From positions 32,001 to 96,000 of the forward strand of contig JAWBWS010000001.1 of assembly GCA_038999725.1 (NCBI GenBank): a stretch of DNA of 64,000 nt, given 5' to 3'. The translations under genes were made by a program, and so were the position numbers. This document shows positions 59,680 to 64,000 of the stretch, one piece after another (position 1 is the stretch's first letter; each line of letters opens with the position of its first letter). The notes beneath the pieces were generated by a model. It was not told the origin of the DNA. It saw nothing but the letters and a program-made list of their open reading frames with translations, and did no database searches. Source of the DNA: Candidatus Aenigmatarchaeota archaeon. Lineage in GTDB: Archaea; Aenigmatarchaeota; Aenigmatarchaeia; CG10238-14; SCSR01.

Positions 59680-60160
59680 ACCTACCCTCAATCAAGGCCT
59701 TGAAGACCGTTGAATGTTTTCTCCCTTGAATCAAACTTTCTATGGCTCTCCTTGCTTTTTGAACCTCGTCCCACTTACCTATCATTGAAACTGTTTTACC
59801 ATAAATTGCAATTTTAACATTTGTATATTTCTCTATTAATTTTTTTGCTTTACCTTCTCTCCCAATTACTCTACCTTTTACCACAATCATTCTTTTCCTC
59901 GATTTACCCAAAATTTGTTGGAGATTTATGGTCTCTAAGCAATATTCCTCATCCAACAAATTTAATGCAACGTCCAAATCAAAACCTCTTCCAAAAGCAT
60001 TCACCACTTCTTTTATTCTCATCAGTAACAGCGAATTCTCTGCTTCAATTGAAATTTCTTCATTTATTTTGATTTTGCAACCCAAAAGCTTTTCTAATTT
60101 ATCTACATAATTCCTAAAAATTTTCAACCTTTCTTCAGGAATTTTCACAAAATCTATCAT
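59672..60160 (-). CDS. KH-domain ribosome biogenesis protein (Dim2/Pno1)
   Basis: GRGF, GRVIGREGK, GRKHSTV. Confidence 0.9.
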   Translation of the reverse strand: MIDFVKIPEERLKIFRNYVDKLEKLLGCKIKINEEISIEAENSLLLMRIKEVVNAFGRGFDLDVALNLLDEEYCLETINLQQILGKSRKRMIVVKGRVIGREGKAKKLIEKYTNVKIAIYGKTVSMIGKWDEVQKARRAIESLIQGRKHSTVFKALIEGRYG

Positions 60161-60161
60161 A

Positions 60162-60497
60162 CTACTCTATCTGAATGTTTTTAATAAACCCCTTTTTCTT
60201 GAGCCAACCAGCTTGGGTTGGGGTGTACTTGAAGATTACATCCCCTTTCTCATTGCTTTGAACTTTCCATGGTTGTATGAGAACCAAATCGCCTGCACCT
60301 ATCCAAACCTTCTTCCTCAGTCTGCCAGGAATCCTGCATATTCTTGTATTTCCATCATCACATACAACCTTGAGCTTATCCCCTCCCAGCATCATTTCAA
60401 CCGCACCTAAGACTTCACCTTCTCTTGGAATTCTAATTCTAGCTATCTCAAGTTCTTCTTGTGTTGGCTCATATTTTTTTGTCATGTTACCACTCAT
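60162..60497 (-). CDS. eif1a: Translation initiation factor aIF-1A
   Basis: MLGG, RICRIPGRLRKKVWI..GD. Confidence 0.95.
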   Translation of the reverse strand: MSGNMTKKYEPTQEELEIARIRIPREGEVLGAVEMMLGGDKLKVVCDDGNTRICRIPGRLRKKVWIGAGDLVLIQPWKVQSNEKGDVIFKYTPTQAGWLKKKGFIKNIQIE

Positions 60498-60509
60498 TTA
60501 ATTTTTCAT

Positions 60510-61184
60510 TCAAGAAATAGAAATTAGTATCGTATCTCTATAAACTTTTTTCCCTCTAACTCTTCCTCCTATTTTTCTGGTGATCTTGACTTTAGCCATA
60601 AACTTAGATTTGAGGATTCTTGCTATTTGGTGAGCAGAATTTTTAGAACCTATAAAAACATCGAAGCCATTTTTAGTTTCTTTTAGACTTGAAATAAACG
60701 CTAACCTATCATATTGATTTAGATAATTGATTTGACTTTCAATCTCATCTTTAATTTTTTCTAACAAATCTTTAGGTGCTCTCACTTGAAGAACTGCTTG
60801 AAAATATCCGGAGCTCTTCATGAAGCAAGCTTGGCAAGTTATCTTCTTTATCTTCAAATCTATTACCTTCTCCTCACTTTTTTCCAAATCATTTGTTTTT
60901 AAATTAAGCGTTAGGTAAATTTTACCGTCAGCTATCCTGTAGAAAAGAGAGTTTAATTCTTCTTCCCTAAAAAGCTGTTGGAAAAACCCTTCAATCAACT
61001 CTTCTATATTTGAAGAAGAATAGCTTCTAAAGAAAAATCTTCCACATGATACACATTCTTTAACTTCCAATCTTTCTGACAGTTTACCCAAAAAAGAAAA
61101 TTTTGAGAGGAAACATACTTCACAAAGTCCTTCATACAACTTTTCAGTTTTCTTTCCACATTTTGGACAAAACTTTTCTCTCAC
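60510..61184 (-). CDS. nmd3: NMD3-family protein
   Basis: CPKCG, CEVC, CVSCG, CQAC, YFQAVLQVR. Confidence 0.88.
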   Translation of the reverse strand: MREKFCPKCGKKTEKLYEGLCEVCFLSKFSFLGKLSERLEVKECVSCGRFFFRSYSSSNIEELIEGFFQQLFREEELNSLFYRIADGKIYLTLNLKTNDLEKSEEKVIDLKIKKITCQACFMKSSGYFQAVLQVRAPKDLLEKIKDEIESQINYLNQYDRLAFISSLKETKNGFDVFIGSKNSAHQIARILKSKFMAKVKITRKIGGRVRGKKVYRDTILISIS

Positions 61185-61234
61185 AAAAAGAAAATTATTT
61201 TTAAATTAGTTAAGCTTAAATAAAATTTTAGGAA

Positions 61235-61328
61235 GCCTCGTTAGCTCAGTTGGTAGAGCATCCGAAGAGTTAAAACTCTGGTGAACCTTGTAAGCGGAGG
61301 GTCGTGGGTTCAAATCCCACACGAGGCT
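61235..61328 (+). tRNA. trnT: tRNA-Thr(TGT) with 21-nt intron at 30/31 (61265-61285)
   Basis: BHB: CATC/GGTG central helix, AGAGT/ACTCT inner helix; mature 73 nt. Confidence 0.92.
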
Positions 61329-61340
61329 TTCAAGCAAATT

Positions 61341-62375
61341 TTACAATAGATCTATGTCTAGTAATCTCGCCAAGTTTGAGAGATTTAAATTTTTTATTAG
61401 AGAAAAAAGGAATGGTTTATCAGAAATTTTTGATAAAAACCATTTCACCAACAATCCTTTTTTTATGGGCCAGGCAAGTCTTCCTTTCCATTTTTTATCA
61501 TAATTCTCCATCAAAAAATCTCTTGAGAAATTGTTTGTTTCTATAGCTTTTACTATAGCATCTCCAGCAATCTCTGCGCAAATCTTATTGTACACCAGAC
61601 CACCTGCAGAAAAAGGTTTAACCTGACAAGCAGCATCTCCTACAAGCAAAACATTATCAGAAACTGACTCTTCAATTAAACCATATCTTATCACATCACC
61701 TATCCTATTAGAAAAAATTTTTTTATCAAACCTTAATTTTAGGAAATTTTCCAAATAGTTGTTTGGGTTTTTGTTTGTCATTAAACCAACTCTAGCGATT
61801 TTTTCATTTTCGGGAACAACCCAAGCAAAGGAGCCTGGAGCAATTTTGGAACCAAAATGGAGTTCAACACTCCTAGCTTCAAAATTTGACTCCACCTTCA
61901 CTTGTAAAGCAAATAGAAAATTTTTGGGCTGGTTTATTCCAGCTTTTTTGGCAACAGTTGAATTTGGGCCATCTGCACCTACTAGAACCTTACATTTAAA
62001 TTTTCCCTTGTTAGTAAAAATTGTGTTGCCTTTGAAATCTAAAAATCTTGTTGATGTTTTAATTTCAGCTCCAGCTTTTTCAGCCCTTCTTGCAAGCCAT
62101 AAATCATATTTTCTCCTATCTAAAACAAACATTCTTTCTCTTGAGTTAATTTCAAAAAATTTATCTCCAGAGAAAAATCTTGCTTTATCAATTTTGTTTA
62201 AAATCATATCTTTTGGAATTTTACCTATCCTTTTACTAACCAAGCCTGTGCATTGAACAGGCTCTCCAATTTTTGAGTGCTCTTCTAATATTAAGACTGT
62301 GTACCCTTTTCTGGCAACATTCTCACCTGTGATACAACCAGCAGGGCCTGCGCCAACAATAATACAATCGAACAA
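61341..62375 (-). CDS. Geranylgeranyl reductase-family FAD oxidoreductase
   Basis: GAGPAG, GADG, FAWVVP, VGDAA. Confidence 0.9.
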   Translation of the reverse strand: MFDCIIVGAGPAGCITGENVARKGYTVLILEEHSKIGEPVQCTGLVSKRIGKIPKDMILNKIDKARFFSGDKFFEINSRERMFVLDRRKYDLWLARRAEKAGAEIKTSTRFLDFKGNTIFTNKGKFKCKVLVGADGPNSTVAKKAGINQPKNFLFALQVKVESNFEARSVELHFGSKIAPGSFAWVVPENEKIARVGLMTNKNPNNYLENFLKLRFDKKIFSNRIGDVIRYGLIEESVSDNVLLVGDAACQVKPFSAGGLVYNKICAEIAGDAIVKAIETNNFSRDFLMENYDKKWKGRLAWPIKKGLLVKWFLSKISDKPFLFSLIKNLNLSNLARLLDIDLL

Positions 62376-62520
62376 ATCAATCCCCTAAACAAATATAATA
62401 TCCAAAAATTAAAATCCATCTAGAAGATCTTGGCATAACGAAACATTAGAATAAAAGATGATTGGAAACATTCACTAAAATAATAGTTGATTAATTTTAC
62501 TCTGTTCAATAATTCTCATC

Positions 62521-63266
62521 TTACCTACCAAAATTCCTTTGTATAGAGTTATACCATTTAATTGCCTTAATCAAATCTTTTTTGGAGAAATCTGGCCAAA
62601 GCTTTTTGGTAACATAAATTTCTGCATAAGATGCTTGTATCAACATGAAGTTTGAAAGTCTGGAAAAGCCCCCAGTCCTTATCACAAGGTCAAGAGGAGC
62701 AGGAACAAGCAAATTAGCTTCTATGTCTTTTTCTGTTACTTCTACTTTACCAATTTTTATCGCTTTTTCTACAATTTTTTTTATCGCTTGAGTTAATTCA
62801 AATTTGCTTCCGTAGGCTATCATTATGTTTAAAACCCTTTCCTGATATTTTGCGGTATTTTGCATTATTTTCCCCATAAGCTTAACGAGCTTTGGTGGTA
62901 ATTTTTCAAGGTCGCCAATAAACCTAACTTTGACTTGATATTTATCCAAAAATCCCCCTTCCTTCTTTTTCCCCCTCTCCCACTTTTTCAAATAATTGTA
63001 GAAAATCTTGAAAATTTCTTCCAATTCCCTTTTTGGTCTATTCAAGTTTTCTGTAGATAAAACATATGCCGAAACTTGTGGTATTCCTAACTCTAGACAC
63101 CAGTTCAAAAACTCTTCAAACTTTTTTGTGCTTGTGAGAGTTTATCCTCTCAACAATTTGCACCATATTTATGTCCTTCCCAAGGTTGTAAACCATGAAG
63201 TCTTGCCCATCTTCTGTTTCCATCCAAAATTATTCCTAGATGATTTGGGAGTGTCAACTCGTTCAT
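62521..63266 (-). CDS. uppS: Cis-prenyltransferase (UppS), join(63266..63158, 63125..62521), 237 aa, with a 32-nt intron
   Basis: Exon 1 encodes PNHLGIILDGNRRWA...EGHKYGA; exon 2 encodes KFEEFLNWC...STEN...IRTGG..RLSNF. Confidence 0.9.
63126..63157 (-). other. BHB-type pre-mRNA intron in uppS
   Basis: GTGC-AA^A-TTGTTGAGAG-GATAAA-CTCTCACAA-GCAC-AA^A; removal restores the frame (GGT GCA AAA AAG TTT). Confidence 0.85.
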
Positions 63267-63335
63267 CGATACACCTCCATTTTTTCATAAATTTTAAATA
63301 ATATAAATATTTTTAAAAACAAAAAAGTTTGAAAT

Positions 63336-63439
63336 GGGGTCGTCGTCTAACCAGGTAGGACAGCAGGCTCCAGGTTCAATGGAGCTCTGACAAAAGATGA
63401 AGAAACCTGTATGTGAGGGTTCAAATCCCTCCGACCCCA
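63336..63439 (+). tRNA. trnW: tRNA-Trp(CCA) with 31-nt intron at 37/38 (63374-63404)
   Basis: GGGGTCG/CGACCCC-A; stem GCAGG/CCTGT; mature 73 nt. Confidence 0.93.
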
Positions 63440-63492
63440 TCTACTTTCATTTTTCAATTATTGATAAAAATTCTAATTGATAAACACTATTT

Positions 63493-64000
63493 ATGTCAAT
63501 AGATGTGATTGGAGGGGGACCAGCTGGTTCTGCTGCTTCGATTTTCTTAGCTAAAAGAGGATTTGATGATATAAGGCTATATGAAAAATCTCCTAAATTA
63601 AGAAAACCATGCGGTGGTGGTTTAACTTGGAGAGTTTTTGAAAGATATGGCTATCTCTTAGAGGGTTTGAAAACAAATCCAATCAAAACAATTATTGTTG
63701 ATCTTGAGAATACTATGGTGAAATTTGAGTTCAAAAAAGCGGTGTTAAAAATAGTAGATCGCCTAAGACTCGACAAACATTTAAGAAAAATTGCCAAGAG
63801 CTTTGGTGTTAAAATAATTAAAAAAATGTTGAACCAAAAGAATTGAACAGTAAACTTGTGATTGATGCTAGAGGATTTGATTCAGAACAAGATTTTTCAA
63901 TCGCAAAGGTTGCCATTTGTAAAATAAAGAATTCTGTCGCTACTTTTGTCTTTAGGGAAAAAACTCATAAGTAGAGGTTACTTTTGGATTTTTCCAATAA
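63493..64000 (+). pseudogene. Geranylgeranyl reductase-like FAD protein frameshifted at an A7 run; continues off the window
   Basis: GGGPAG, KPCGGG; after A7 (63820-63826) the -1 frame gives NVEPKELNSKLVIDARG...GYFWIFP. Confidence 0.7.

Noticed and set aside
46071..61546. ORFs 46071-46322, 46924-47124, 55991-56212 and 61304-61546
   Set aside because: They overlap tRNA genes and are spurious.
63149..63153. TGA readthrough or selenocysteine in uppS
   Set aside because: The downstream part is in another frame (32-nt insert), so readthrough cannot restore the protein; BHB splicing does.
259..63301. Numerous short antisense or nested ORFs in the track (e.g. 5675-6061, 8807-9343, 31944-32381, 61759-62256)
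   Set aside because: Shadows of well-supported genes on the opposite strand, with no motifs.
63800..63850. BHB intron explaining the GGR-like frameshift (also tested at ~34420)
   Set aside because: No hairpin or inserted sequence; both are single-base homopolymer shifts.
1..64000. CRISPR array or cas genes
   Set aside because: No regularly spaced short repeats and no recognisable cas genes.

Overview
AT-rich archaeal genomic window, most consistent with a DPANN lineage (Aenigmarchaeota-like; inferred from S-layer, Top6A/B, aIF-1A, S17e, EndA, CDC48 and small wHTH proteins). Bases 1-30.2 kb form a large cell-surface locus. It contains a >2500-aa N-glycosylation-rich membrane-anchored protein fused to a cytoplasmic HerA/FtsK-type ATPase, a second giant surface protein, a duplicated pilin-like/HTH cassette, chaperone-like and adhesin-like Ig-fold proteins, three MinD/ParA paralogs, a coiled-coil scaffold and a membrane GTPase. 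Bases 30.5-64 kb are mostly housekeeping, but the RNA processing is striking. All 8 tRNA genes carry bulge-helix-bulge (BHB) type introns, 11 in total, including a triple-intron tRNA-Gly. Three canonical introns (Trp, Leu, Gln) share a compact motif of anti-anticodon guide plus box D'/C' predicted to guide 2'-O-methylation of their own wobble base. The protein-coding uppS gene is interrupted by a 32-nt BHB-type intron whose removal restores the reading frame exactly. The local splicing endonuclease has an atypical active site, and the SRP RNA appears to lack helix 6. All calls were made by eye; no searches were run.
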